Shown piece after piece: positions 51,433-61,936 of a DNA stretch of 64,000 bases. This stretch comes from Halodesulfurarchaeum sp. (GTDB lineage: Archaea; Halobacteriota; Halobacteria; Halobacteriales; Halobacteriaceae). Numbering within the stretch: the stretch's first letter is position 1; each line of letters begins with the position of its first letter. Below the pieces are notes generated by a model, which did not search any database, was not told the origin of the DNA, and saw only the letters and a list, made by a program, of their open reading frames with translations. The stretch is taken from the NCBI GenBank assembly GCA_034520565.1, contig JAXHNL010000002.1, positions 1,504,001 to 1,568,000 on the forward strand, in the 5' to 3' direction. Position numbers and translations under genes: made by a program.

Positions 51433-51553
51433 TGGCCACAAGCCATCGATCGAGACGGTATCCGAACTGTTCCGGGTTGGGAAGATAGATCCGGTGGATT
51501 TGCCCGAACTGTCCACCGATGTGGCTACTACTGAACAGGAGACGAGAGAGAAG

Positions 51554-51628
51554 TAGCGGGAGGTGGATTTGAACCACCGCTCTCCGGCTCATGAGGCCGG
51601 CGGAATCTCCAGGCTATCCCATCCCGCT
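51554..51628 (-). tRNA. tRNA-Met(CAT), initiator-type body with atypical anticodon arm
   Basis: AGCGGGA TG GGAT-AGCCTGGAG-ATTCC G CCGGC CTCATGA GCCGG AGAGC GGTGG TTCAAAT CCACC TCCCGCT A; full cloverleaf with A1:U72. Confidence 0.92.
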
Positions 51629-51846
51629 ATCACTTCGTATGGTGGGGGGTGGAAAGAGGGTTGTGATTTCATCCCGAGTGTGTCAGACAGACACGAGGTC
51701 GTGATTTCGACACGAATCACCCGACTGAACCCCCTCGTGAGGACTCGATACACTGATTTGTCACGGTGAACCCGGAACTGAACGCGTGGATTGACTTCGA
51801 CCGGTTTTGCACAACGACGATATACCGGGCTCACAAATCCACCGAT

Positions 51847-52359
51847 ATGGAATCGGACCCGGACGTCGACGCCTTCGAGGCGGCCGTCGAGGCTCACGAC
51901 GGGACTGTGTCCCGGTCTCTCGCGGCCGAATTTGGCGCTGCTATCGAGGCAGTGATCGAGACGCCTGCAGTGGGAGTGGCCGTGTCTCTATCGGGAGTCT
52001 CATTGACGGATTCGAACGTCGATCTCACCCCGTCGCCGTCAGCACTCGACGCGGCGAGAACCGGGATCACACCGGCGAAGTTCGGCATCGAAACGCTCGG
52101 GACCGTGTTTCTCGAATCTCGATCAGCCGGTGACGAGCCGGTGAGTCTCTTTCCGGAACGCCACATTGCCGTGCTCGCCGCGAGCGATATCGCTCCCGAT
52201 CTCGAAACGGCCTTTGATCGGCTCGAGGAGGAGTTTGCGAATGGTTCAATGAGTGGCGTTTTGGCCTCCGGACCGAGCGCGACGGCGGACATGGGAGCGA
52301 CCGTCCAGGGCGTCCATGGCCCGAGTGAGGTTCACGTACTCGTGGTGACCGATCGATGA
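51847..52359 (+). CDS. lutC: LUD domain protein (LutC/YkgG-like)
   Basis: SLFPERHIAV, SGPSATADM..VQGVHGP. Confidence 0.88.
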   Translation: MESDPDVDAFEAAVEAHDGTVSRSLAAEFGAAIEAVIETPAVGVAVSLSGVSLTDSNVDLTPSPSALDAARTGITPAKFGIETLGTVFLESRSAGDEPVSLFPERHIAVLAASDIAPDLETAFDRLEEEFANGSMSGVLASGPSATADMGATVQGVHGPSEVHVLVVTDR

Positions 52360-54579
52360 GTGGCCGATCGAGACGGGAAACCGCTGCACGAATCAGGGAG
52401 GTATTGAAAACTGAGGGGGCGGCTCTCAACGAGCAGGTCACCCATCACAACGACCAGCATTACGCGGCTATCGAGAACTTCGACGACTACGAACGATACC
52501 GCACGGCGGCTCGCAAAATCAAGGAACGGGCCATCGACCAGTTACCAGAACTGATCGAGCGGGTTCAAGCACAGGTGGAGGCAAACGGCGGTCAGGTTTA
52601 CCTTGCGGCTGACGCGGCCGAAGCGAACCGGTACGTCGAGGGAGTTCTCGACTCGACGACCGGGGAGCGAGTCGTCAAGTCGAAATCGATGACGACCGAG
52701 GAAATCGGCCTCCGCGAGCACCTCGAAGGGGGCGGCGCAGACGTCTACGAAACCGATCTCGGAGAGTTCGTCGTCCAACTGGCCGAGGAGTCGCCATCAC
52801 ACATCGTCGGGCCGGCCCTCCACAAGTCCCGCGAGGAGATCGCCTCGCTGTTCAACGAAACGTTCGATCCGGAGGAACCGCTGGAAACCCCTGCCGAACT
52901 GACGGACTTTGCACGGTCATATCTCGGTGAGCGAATCAAGGCGGCCGACATGGGCATCACTGGAGCCAATTTCGTGCTCGCGGAGAGCGGGACGATCGTG
53001 CTCGTCACCAACGAGGGAAACGCTCGGAAGTCGGCGGTCGTCCCGGACACACACGTTGCCGTCGCCGGGATCGAGAAACTCATCCCCTCGATTGGCGACT
53101 TGCATCCCTTCATTGAGTTGATCGCCCGGTCGGCGACCGGCCAGGACATCGCCCAGTACGTTTCGCTCCTGTCGCCCCCGGTCGACACGCCCAGGATCGA
53201 TTTCACCGACCCGGATACCGGCATCGGAACCGGCCACGGGACTGGGGATCGGGAGTTCCACCTCGTCCTGCTCGACAACGGCCGGATGGCGATGCGCGAG
53301 GACGACGCAACTCCGCGAGACGCTCTACTGCATCCGCTGTGGGGCGTGTTTGAACTCGTGTGCGAACTTCCAGCACGTCGGCGGCCACGCCTTCGGGGGC
53401 GAAACCTACTCCGGCGGAATCGGGACCGGGTGGGTGGCCGGGATCTCCGGAACGGCGGCGACGAAGGACTTCAACGACCTCTGTACAAGCTGCTCCCGAT
53501 GCGTGGAGAATTGCCCCGTCAAGATCGACATTCCGTGGATCAACACGGTCGTTCGGGACCGGCTGAATCGGAGGCGTGCCCCGGATGCAATCGACTCCTT
53601 GATCGACCCGCTCGTTCCTGACGAGGAACCATCGGGCATCGATCGACAGAAGCGATTTTTCGGAAACGTCGATCGGGTGCTCCGACTCGGATCGGCCCTT
53701 GCCCCCCTCACGAATTGGGCGCTTTCTGCCCCCGGTGTCGACCGTATCCTGGAAACCGTCCTCGGAATTGACCGGAGAAGATCGTTCCCTGACTTTGCGG
53801 AAGAAACCCTTACAGCCTGGTGGAACAGCCGGGACGGAAGTGAAGTGATTGACGCCCGAGAGGCAGTGACGCTTTACAACGACCCGTACACGAACTACCT
53901 CTATCCCGATCGGGGACGAGCGGCAATACGAGTGCTCGAAGCACTCGACATCGAAGTCACGTTGTCCCCGGTGCTTCCCTCGGGCCGGGCACCGCTCTCA
54001 CAGGGGATGATCTCGACCGCCGAAAAACAGGCCCAGGGTGTCGTCCAGGAACTCGACCCCGCGCTTGCGGCGAATCGGCCGATCGTCGTGATCGAACCGA
54101 GCGATATCGCGATGTTCCGGTCGGCGTACGAGCGGCTCGTTTCCGAAGAAACCGCAAAACGGCTCGCCGATGGAACGTATGAGGTACTGGAATTTCTTGC
54201 CCCGCGACTCGCGGAGGTGGCCGATCCAGCACAGTTCGACGCGTCCGACGTGCTCTTTCACAGCAACTGCCAGCAGCGAACGGTGGGTTTGGAAGCGCCG
54301 ACGATCGAGGTGTTCGATTCGCTGGGGTACGACGTCGCGACGACCGACGTCGAGTGCTGTGGGATGGCTGGCAGTTTCGGCTACAAGGAGCAGTACTACG
54401 AATTGAGTATGGCCGTCGGCGAGGATCTCGAACCACAGCTGGAACCGGTTGCTGGGGAGGACGTCGTCGCGAGTGGCACGTCGTGTGTCTCCCAACTCGG
54501 TGCCCTGTCCCTCGGTGTGGATCCGTCCCATCCCGTCGAACGACTCGACCGGGACTGGTCAGCAACTGAATCGAGGTGA
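52356..54579 (+). CDS. lutB: LutB-like lactate utilisation Fe-S protein with fused C-terminal CCG domains; +1 frameshift near 53307
   Basis: KSKSMTTEE, ETDLGE, PSHIVGPALH, TNEGN, LLDNGR; removing one base gives DDQLRETLYCIRCGACLNSC, then CTSCSRCVENCPVKI and CCGMAGSFGY. Confidence 0.88.
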
Positions 54580-54716
54580 ACCGACGCGTTTGGCGGTTCG
54601 AATCGTAGTGCTGAAGGCACGTTCCTCCATGAATCACGTCCGAACAGCATTCGGCTACCGGTGGAATCGAGTCCGAAGTTTGTATATTCACCAGTACCGA
54701 GACCTGTACACAGAGA

Positions 54717-55484
54717 ATGGTTGACGTAAGTATCATCGGGTGTGGGCACCTTGGCAGTGCCGTGATCGAGGGACTCGCGCGTGCCGATTCGCACTCGGTT
54801 ACGGCCTGTGACGTGAGCGAAGCGGCCCTCGAACGGGTCGAAGACCGCGTCCACCGGACGACGACCGACCTCGCGGTGGCCGCAGAGTCGTCAGTCGTTA
54901 TCGTGGCAGTGACACCCGACGCGGTCGTCGATGTCCTCGAGGATCTCGACTTGACGCCGGAGCAAACGCTGCTCTCCTTTGCGGCGGGGGTCCCGATGGA
55001 CGTTCTCGAGTCACGGACCGATGCGACTGTGGTCCGGGGCATGCCGAACCTGGCGGCCGAAACAGGGACGATGGCCTGTGCGATCACTGCCGGAGCCGGG
55101 AGCGACATCGAGACGTTGCTCGCCGATCTCGGCGAGTTCGTCGAGATTTCGGAGGCGCAGATGGACGTCGCGACGGCGGTCAACGGAAGCGGCCCGGCCT
55201 TCGTGTACTACCTCATCAAGGGATTACAGGAGGCCGGCGTAAACCGGGGCCTCGATGGAGACGACGCCCGGATCCTCGCGGCCCAGACGTTCAAGGGAGC
55301 CGCGGAGACGGTTTTACAATCGGAGTCGGATATCGAGGAACTCATCGATTCGGTGGCTACCGAGGGCGGCACCACGATCGAAGGAATGGAGGTGCTGTGG
55401 GACAGTGACGTAATCGAGACACTCGATGCAGCCGTCGGGGCTGCAACGATGCGGTCGGAAGCACTTGCAAAAAAATTACAATGA
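54717..55484 (+). CDS. proC: Pyrroline-5-carboxylate reductase
   Basis: [27 protein letters not shown]. Confidence 0.94.
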   Translation: MVDVSIIGCGHLGSAVIEGLARADSHSVTACDVSEAALERVEDRVHRTTTDLAVAAESSVVIVAVTPDAVVDVLEDLDLTPEQTLLSFAAGVPMDVLESRTDATVVRGMPNLAAETGTMACAITAGAGSDIETLLADLGEFVEISEAQMDVATAVNGSGPAFVYYLIKGLQEAGVNRGLDGDDARILAAQTFKGAAETVLQSESDIEELIDSVATEGGTTIEGMEVLWDSDVIETLDAAVGAATMRSEALAKKLQ

Positions 55485-56344
55485 CCGAGATTTCATCAGA
55501 AGGGGCAGACGCCCCATCCGAAAACGCAGTGAGAGAGACCCGTCGACTCGCGGCCGAGGCAGATCGTGTCGTCGTGAAGGCTGGCACGAACTCGTTGACC
55601 GACGAAACCTCGAACGTCGACGACGACAAACTCGACAAACTCGTCGACGACATCATGGACCTCCGGGAGCGAGGCAAGGAGGTCATCCTCGTTTCCTCCG
55701 GTGCGATCGGGGCCGGTAAAGGCCGCGTCGATCAACCGGCGGAAACAGTCGAAGACATGCAGGCCGCTTCGACGGTGGGCCAGAGCCATTTGATGCGTCG
55801 GTACACCGAAAGCTTCGAACGCTACGACCAGAAGGTCGCCCAGATCCTGCTCTCTCAGGAGGATCTCGTCGACTCGGACCGGTTTTCGAACTTCCGCACC
55901 AGCGTCGAGACCCTTCTCGAGTGGGAGGTCGTCCCGATTATCAACGAGAACGACGCCATCGCGATCGAGGAGATCAAAATCGGCGACAACGACATGATTT
56001 CGGCGTCTGTGGCCGTGGGCGTCGAGGCGGATCTGCTCGTGACTCTCACCGACGTCGGGGGCGTCTACACGGGGAACCCAAAGGAGGATCCCGGGGCGGA
56101 GAAAATCGATGCCGTCGGCCGAAACTACGCCGAAGTCCAGCAACTCGTCGAGCGAAGCTCCAGGGCGGAGTTCGGTGGGATCCGAACGAAAGTCGAGGGC
56201 GCTCGGGAGGCTAACGAACACGGCATTCCGGCCATCATCGCCGAATCGACCGAACCGGGCATTCTGGAGAAAATCGCCTCTGAGGAGCCGGTGGGAACGA
56301 TTTTCCTCCCCGTCAACGGGGACATTCCGGACACAGACATCTAA
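55481..56344 (+). CDS. proB: Glutamate 5-kinase (no PUA domain)
   Basis: [30 protein letters not shown]. Confidence 0.95.
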   Translation: MTEISSEGADAPSENAVRETRRLAAEADRVVVKAGTNSLTDETSNVDDDKLDKLVDDIMDLRERGKEVILVSSGAIGAGKGRVDQPAETVEDMQAASTVGQSHLMRRYTESFERYDQKVAQILLSQEDLVDSDRFSNFRTSVETLLEWEVVPIINENDAIAIEEIKIGDNDMISASVAVGVEADLLVTLTDVGGVYTGNPKEDPGAEKIDAVGRNYAEVQQLVERSSRAEFGGIRTKVEGAREANEHGIPAIIAESTEPGILEKIASEEPVGTIFLPVNGDIPDTDI

Positions 56345-56347
56345 CCC

Positions 56348-57679
56348 ATGACCGAATCCGAAACAGTTGCCAAAGTCACAGCAGCACAGGACGCGGCACT
56401 CGAACTGGTACAGACGACGGATGAGACCCGAAGCGAGGCACTGTACGCCATCGCCGAGGCGGTGCTGGAACACGAAGCCGAGATCCTCGAAGCAAACGAG
56501 AAGGACGTGGCCGAGGCGGAGGCGATGCTCGAAGCCGGGGAGTACAGCCAGGCCCTCGTCGACCGGCTGAAACTCGATCGGACCAAACTCGAGAGTATCG
56601 CCGAAATGGTCCGTAGCGTCGCCGAGCAGGGAGATCCACTCGGAAAGACGCTTTCGGCCCGCGAACTCGACGACGACCTCGAACTCTACAAGGTGGCCGT
56701 CCCAATCGGGGTCCTCGGGACTGTCTTCGAGTCCAGGCCGGACGCCCTGGTGCAAATCGCTGCACTCAGTCTCAAATCTGGAAACGCGGTCATCCTGAAG
56801 GGCGGCAGCGAGGCGCTGCATTCGAACCGCGTTCTCCACGAGATCATCGAGGACGTCACGAGCGAAATCGCCCCCGGGTGGGTGCAGCTCATCGAGGCCC
56901 ACGAGGCGGTCGACACCGTCCTCGAAATGGACGACGCGATCGACCTGCTGATGCCCCGCGGGAGTACCGAGTTCGTCCAGTACATTCAGGAGAACACGAA
57001 GATCCCGGTGCTCGGACACACCGAAGGCGTCTGTCACGTGTACGTCGACGACGACGCGGACCTCGAGATGGGTGTCGACATCGCGTTCGACGCGAAGGTC
57101 CAGTACCCGGCCGTCTGCAACGCCGTCGAGACCCTCCTCGTCCACGAGAGCGTTGCCGCGGACTACCTCCCCGAGATCGTCTCACGCTACGAAGACGCGG
57201 GCGTCGAGGTTCGCGGCGACGAAGCTACACAAGAAATCGTCGACGTGGAGCCAGCCAATGAGGCGGATTGGGAGACCGAATACGGCGATCTGATCATTTC
57301 GATCAAGGTCGTCGACTCCCTCGAAACGGCTATCGATCACGTCAACACCTTCGGTTCGAAACACACCGAGTCGATCGTTACCGAGAACGCCGACGCAGCA
57401 GGCGAGTTCATGCAGCGTATCGACGCCTCGAGCGTGTTCCACAACGCCTCGACCCGGTTCGCAGACGGCTTTCGGTACGGGTTGGGCGCCGAGGTCGGCA
57501 TCAGTACGGGCAAAATTCACGCCCGCGGTCCGGTCGGTCTGGAGGGGCTGACCACCACCAAGTACTATCTGGAAGGTGACGGCCAACTCGTGGCAAGTTA
57601 CGCCGGGGAGGACGCATTGCCGTTCACCCATGAGGAGTTCGACGGCGACTGGATCCCGGGGACTCTCTCGCGGAAATAG
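56348..57679 (+). CDS. proA: Gamma-glutamyl phosphate reductase
   Basis: FESRP, KGGSEA, VCNAVET, NASTRFADG, HARGPVG. Confidence 0.96.
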   Translation: MTESETVAKVTAAQDAALELVQTTDETRSEALYAIAEAVLEHEAEILEANEKDVAEAEAMLEAGEYSQALVDRLKLDRTKLESIAEMVRSVAEQGDPLGKTLSARELDDDLELYKVAVPIGVLGTVFESRPDALVQIAALSLKSGNAVILKGGSEALHSNRVLHEIIEDVTSEIAPGWVQLIEAHEAVDTVLEMDDAIDLLMPRGSTEFVQYIQENTKIPVLGHTEGVCHVYVDDDADLEMGVDIAFDAKVQYPAVCNAVETLLVHESVAADYLPEIVSRYEDAGVEVRGDEATQEIVDVEPANEADWETEYGDLIISIKVVDSLETAIDHVNTFGSKHTESIVTENADAAGEFMQRIDASSVFHNASTRFADGFRYGLGAEVGISTGKIHARGPVGLEGLTTTKYYLEGDGQLVASYAGEDALPFTHEEFDGDWIPGTLSRK

Positions 57680-57741
57680 CCTGCCGTTTCACCGGTGAGT
57701 GGGGACCACGAATTTTGGCTCTCCGCGGGGAACGGGTTTGC

Positions 57742-58126
57742 ATGGGAACTCCTCGTCGACACCGAAAGCCGTCTGTCCGTTCGTGACGTGACCGATCGGG
57801 TCAGGGCCGAATGACCGTCTGACGCGTCGGGAACGTCGATTGTATTCAGCCGGCACACGACGACTGCAGTGACCATCAACGAGGCCGAGGCTTGCTTGTT
57901 GCGGGATTTCGAGGACGCCCTCGAGGAACTGGTACCCGTGACGGGTTGGGCCCACGACGAGGTCGATGACAACGCCGACAGCCACGTCCGAGCGATGCTG
58001 ATCGGCCCGAGCGAGACAGTCCCCGTTCGCGACGGCGAGTTGCAACTCGGGACCTGGCAGTCGATCTCGCTTGTCGAGTGTGACGGTCCCCGATCGAGAA
58101 CGGTGATAGTCGTCGTCACCGGATGA
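57742..58126 (+). pseudogene. yjbQ: YjbQ/UPF0047 family gene disrupted by an extra G after ATG and an in-frame TGA at 57812-57814
   Basis: Restored frame reads MELLVDTESRLSVRDVTDRVRAE*PSDASGTSIVFSRHTTTAVTINE...NADSHVRAML..LGTWQSI..ECDGPR. Confidence 0.75.
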
Positions 58127-58185
58127 AAACCACGTTTGGGTCGAGTGGGCGAAGAACAAAGGCCACGCGTGCGGAAGGACTCGGT

Positions 58186-59421
58186 ATGGCGATGGAACAC
58201 GTTCGGGCCCTCGAGTGCCCGCTTTGCGGTGAGACATACGATCCCGATCGGGAGATGTACACCTGTCCGAATCACGAGGGCGTGACCGGCATTCTCGAAG
58301 TCACCTACGACTACGGCGTGATTGACGAGCGATTCGACGCCGATCTCGACGGTTCGATCGACAGTCAGTGGAAATACGAGGCGTTTCTGCCGGTCCACGA
58401 CGACGCGGACATCGTGAGCCTCGGTGAGGGTGGGACTGCGTTGCTCGAGGCCCCGAATCTGGGGGAGCAATTGGGTGTCGGGACGTTCGTCAAAGACGAC
58501 GGCCGGAATCCAACCGGCTGCCTCAAGGATCGGGCGACGAGCATTGCGGTGACGAAAGCCCGGCACGCCGGTAACGAAACCGTGACCTGTGCGTCGACCG
58601 GCAACGCCGCAGCCTCGCTTGCCGGCTATGCAGCCCGTGGTGGACTCGACGCGCGTATTTTTGTGCCCGGGGATGCACCCGTGGAGAAACTCGCTCAGCC
58701 CCTCGTGTACGGAGCCGACGTACTCGCCGTCGAGGGGAGCTACGACGAGGCGTACGACCTCAGTATGGAGGTAACCGAGGAATACGGTTGGTACAACCGG
58801 AACGCCGCGATCAATCCCTTCCAGGTCGAAGGCAAGCGGACCGTCGGCCACGAGATCGCCGAGCAAACGAGTGTCCGGGGTGGAATTCCCGACTGGGTCG
58901 CCTTCTCGATGGGCGATGGATGTACGATCGCCGGCGCGTGGAAGGGCCTTCGTGAATTCGCCGAACTCGGATACGTCGATGCGACGCCGAAAATACTGGG
59001 TGTGCAGGCCGAAGGCGCACCTGGTATTCACGACGCTTTCCACGGAAACACGGACACTTCGGAGGTGGCGGACACGCTCGCAGATAGCATCGCCGTCGGA
59101 CAGCCCAGAAATACCAGGAAGGCGGTTCGGGCACTCGAGGAGAGCGGTGGAACGAGCGTCCTCGTTTCGGACGAGGACATCCTCACAGCAGAGACGCTTC
59201 TGGGCAGCACCGAGGGGATCTATACTGAGCCGGCCGGGGCAACAGCTGTGGCCGGGGTCAAACAGGCGGTCGAATCGGGAACCATTGCATCGAACGACAC
59301 GGTCGTCATCGTTTCGACCGGATTCGGGCTCAAGGACACCGAAAGCGCACAACAGGCCACTGGTGGGGTGCATCGAATCGAACCCGAACTGAGCGAGATT
59401 CAACGCCTGTTTTCATCGTAA
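58186..59421 (+). CDS. thrC: Threonine synthase
   Basis: CPLC..CP, GEGGT, NPTGCLKDR (Lys intact), ASTGNAA, EGKRT, EPAGA, TGFGLKD. Confidence 0.9.
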   Translation: MAMEHVRALECPLCGETYDPDREMYTCPNHEGVTGILEVTYDYGVIDERFDADLDGSIDSQWKYEAFLPVHDDADIVSLGEGGTALLEAPNLGEQLGVGTFVKDDGRNPTGCLKDRATSIAVTKARHAGNETVTCASTGNAAASLAGYAARGGLDARIFVPGDAPVEKLAQPLVYGADVLAVEGSYDEAYDLSMEVTEEYGWYNRNAAINPFQVEGKRTVGHEIAEQTSVRGGIPDWVAFSMGDGCTIAGAWKGLREFAELGYVDATPKILGVQAEGAPGIHDAFHGNTDTSEVADTLADSIAVGQPRNTRKAVRALEESGGTSVLVSDEDILTAETLLGSTEGIYTEPAGATAVAGVKQAVESGTIASNDTVVIVSTGFGLKDTESAQQATGGVHRIEPELSEIQRLFSS

Positions 59422-59456
59422 TCTCCAATAACGCGCTCGATCCGCTCGACAATCGA

Positions 59457-59509
59457 CGGACGAACGTTTCGCACCGTTCAGAGCTCGGACGAACGTTTCG
59501 CACCGTTCA
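59457..59509. repeat. 24-bp perfect direct repeat, 2 copies, 29-bp period
   Basis: cggacgaacgtttcgcaccgttca at 59457-59480 and 59486-59509, separated by gagct. Confidence 0.9.
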
Positions 59510-59564
59510 AAGATCGATTTGACCCTCCAAAACCATATTTATCCGGCCGGCGCAAAGCGAGCCA

Positions 59565-60191
59565 ATGCCCTCGTTGACCCGCCGCGAGACACTCGCTGCT
59601 GCCTCGTCGAGTCTCGTCCTCCTGGCCGGCTGTGCCGGCTCCGATCGGTCCAGCCATTCGGAACCCCCGGCGGAATCCGAACCCGTCGAGTACGAGTTCG
59701 AACGTGTCCGGACGACCACGGAATCGGTGCTGTTCAGGACGGGGGACGAGACTGATCGAACCGTGAGCGAGCGCCGGGAGCGGTATGATGCCGACTTCGT
59801 TTCGCGCGAGTCGAACTTCGAATCGATCGAGTTCGCATCCACCGAGGGCGGGACCCAACTGCAGTCCTTCGCAAACGCGACCGACTTCGAAACGGAATCG
59901 GTGTTTCTGTACTCGACAGGCGTGAGTGAGTGTCACGATATTAAACTCGAATCGGTGACCCTCGACGGGAACGACGGCGATCCACATCTCGATTTCTGTC
60001 GGTTCGTTCGGCCGGCCGACGTGGAATGCGACGCGGACACGATGCATACCGTCGGCTACGCGGTTCGACTCCCAATTGACGGCCGTGACACGTCTGGTTA
60101 TGGAACCGGCATGAGTCACGGCTGTGCCGGTCGTCCGGACCCGGACGTGTTCGAAACGACGGTCACAGTCACAGGGGGTGGGAAAGAATGA
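59565..60191 (+). CDS. Hypothetical Tat lipoprotein
   Basis: LTRRETL Tat motif, LAGC lipobox, acidic, four further Cys. Confidence 0.8.
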   Translation: MPSLTRRETLAAASSSLVLLAGCAGSDRSSHSEPPAESEPVEYEFERVRTTTESVLFRTGDETDRTVSERRERYDADFVSRESNFESIEFASTEGGTQLQSFANATDFETESVFLYSTGVSECHDIKLESVTLDGNDGDPHLDFCRFVRPADVECDADTMHTVGYAVRLPIDGRDTSGYGTGMSHGCAGRPDPDVFETTVTVTGGGKE

Positions 60192-61483
60192 CGACCAGAC
60201 GCCAGTTCCTGGCCGGGTTGGGAACGGCGGCCGTCGGTTCGCTGGCAGGCTGTGGGGCACTCGACGGATCGTACGGTAACTCGGAAGACCCACTCGAAAA
60301 AGCGGATTTCGAGGGGTGGACCCCAGCGACGCTCGTGGAACCGTCCGCTCTCCCCTTTGAGCTTCCGGAAACCCTCTTCGGGTCCCTCGAAGGACGAACC
60401 CGTGATCTTCTCACGGCCGTTCCGGAAGACCCGGCGATTCCGAATGCGACGATACGACAGGAAATTCGGGCGGATCGATCACACGTTCAGAAACGGATCG
60501 AGGATGGCGTCGACGCAGACACGGCTATGGGGCGGCTCAAACGGTTGCACGGCAATCTGAGGGATGCGGCGGAACTGTTCGGTTCCTACCGGGCGGCCTC
60601 CGGACAAAACGACGGCGCCATCGTCGCCGACAGACGCGAGCGGATTCGAGAGGATCTGGCGATCTTCGAGTCGTCGATGGACTATGCGGCGCCCTCGACC
60701 CTCGAAGCAGTGCTCGTGTATGCACCCGTCGAAGACCGTCTCGAGCGGGCCAAGCACGAACTGCCGCCCCGTGAACCGTATCCCGACGACCCTGTCGCGA
60801 ACGTCGAGCAGGCGGGACGCGCCTACCAGGGGGTCGAATCTGCTGCAGCGGCACTCGAAGCGGCACGGGGAATTCGAACCGCACAGCACTCGGATCTGGA
60901 GATCGCAGAGTCGAGATGGAGCGAACTCGCGACGGCGACACGCTGGCTGGATATCTCGGTCGGCCGGACCCGAAGCTCTCGAGTTCCCTACCCGGAGACG
61001 GCCGATTCGGCGGATGTGTTCGAATTCGAACTCTCCGGGGTCAAACAGGAAGTATACCGATTCGCGCGCCGTGACACACAGCACACGATCGACTCGTTCA
61101 ATGAGGCAGTTGACACCAACCGATTCGGGACCGCTGCGGTTTTGGCCGGGCAGAGTCTGGCTAGCATCGCAGCCTTCGAGGGAGTCATCACCGCGATTCG
61201 GCAGGGCACTCTCGCGGACGAACCGTCGGTCGAATCCGTCCGAACCGCTGCTGACGGGGCCCACGAAACCCTCCAGGAGATTCCGATGGGCGAGTACCCG
61301 TTCTTGAGCGCGGCAATCGGCCAACCGGCAGTTTTCGAATATCGAAGTGGCGTTCGTTCGGCCGGCGAGGAGCTGTTCGATCCCGATTACGCCGAAGCCT
61401 CCTTCCGACACGCGGGCCTCTTGGGGGCGGCGACGAACGAGGCTGCAGCCTTCGTCGTCGAGCAACTCGAGGGGCATCCGTAA
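60188..61483 (+). CDS. Hypothetical Tat lipoprotein, probably alpha-helical
   Basis: TRRQFL Tat motif, LAGC lipobox, ATGA coupling to upstream gene. Confidence 0.8.
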   Translation: MTTRRQFLAGLGTAAVGSLAGCGALDGSYGNSEDPLEKADFEGWTPATLVEPSALPFELPETLFGSLEGRTRDLLTAVPEDPAIPNATIRQEIRADRSHVQKRIEDGVDADTAMGRLKRLHGNLRDAAELFGSYRAASGQNDGAIVADRRERIREDLAIFESSMDYAAPSTLEAVLVYAPVEDRLERAKHELPPREPYPDDPVANVEQAGRAYQGVESAAAALEAARGIRTAQHSDLEIAESRWSELATATRWLDISVGRTRSSRVPYPETADSADVFEFELSGVKQEVYRFARRDTQHTIDSFNEAVDTNRFGTAAVLAGQSLASIAAFEGVITAIRQGTLADEPSVESVRTAADGAHETLQEIPMGEYPFLSAAIGQPAVFEYRSGVRSAGEELFDPDYAEASFRHAGLLGAATNEAAAFVVEQLEGHP

Positions 61484-61782
61484 CTTTTCGAGGGAAGCGG
61501 TGTGGGGAGGGATCAAGTAGCCGGAATCGGGTTCCGAATGCGAAAACCGGATTCAGTCACCTGACGGTGAAGCTGACAGGGTTGACCGACGGCTCGTCAG
61601 AAGACGACGAGCCCGATACAGACGACGGTGAGTCGTCAAATAACGACGGGAAAGCTGGGCCTCCGGTTATCGAGCCATGAGGCCCCACCGAACACGCGGA
61701 TGGTCGATAAGAGACCCTTCCAGCACCGTTTGAACGATTCAGGTTCCGCTTCTCGTTTTCAGACCCTTGAACGGAAAACGCA

Positions 61783-61856
61783 AGCCGGTGAAGGGATTTG
61801 AACCCTTGACCTAATCCTTACGAAGGATTCGCTCTACCAGTCTGAGCTACACCGGC
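61783..61856 (-). tRNA. tRNA-Thr(CGT)
   Basis: GCCGGTG TA GCTC-AGACTGGTA-GAGC G AATCC TTCGTAA GGATT AGGTC AAGGG TTCAAAT CCCTT CACCGGC T. Confidence 0.96.
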
Positions 61857-61936
61857 GCGGACACTGCTCCGTATTCGCAGTGGATGAATAAGACTTGCGA
61901 TCGGTCGAGACCCCAAGCAGGCACCGGGATCGGGAA

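Noticed and set aside
57812-57814. Selenocysteine recoding of the TGA in yjbQ
   Set aside because: Position is not an evident Cys site, no Sec machinery seen, and the gene has a second lesion.
55496-59403. Long antisense ORFs (55496..57145, 57598..59403; also 34502..36037)
   Set aside because: Shadow frames of high-GC genes (proB/proA, thrC, mrp) with no recognisable motifs.
59457-59509. CRISPR array
   Set aside because: Only two copies with a 5-bp gap and no cas genes; the 7223-7272 repeat has no spacer at all.
61567-61680. 37-codon acidic GTG-start ORF (VKLTGLTDGSSEDDEPD...)
   Set aside because: Too short, low complexity, no supporting signal; cannot be supported as a gene.
51413-61856. 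Integrated element at tRNA-Met or tRNA-Thr
   Set aside because: No integrase or transposase and no duplicated tRNA 3' end found by eye.
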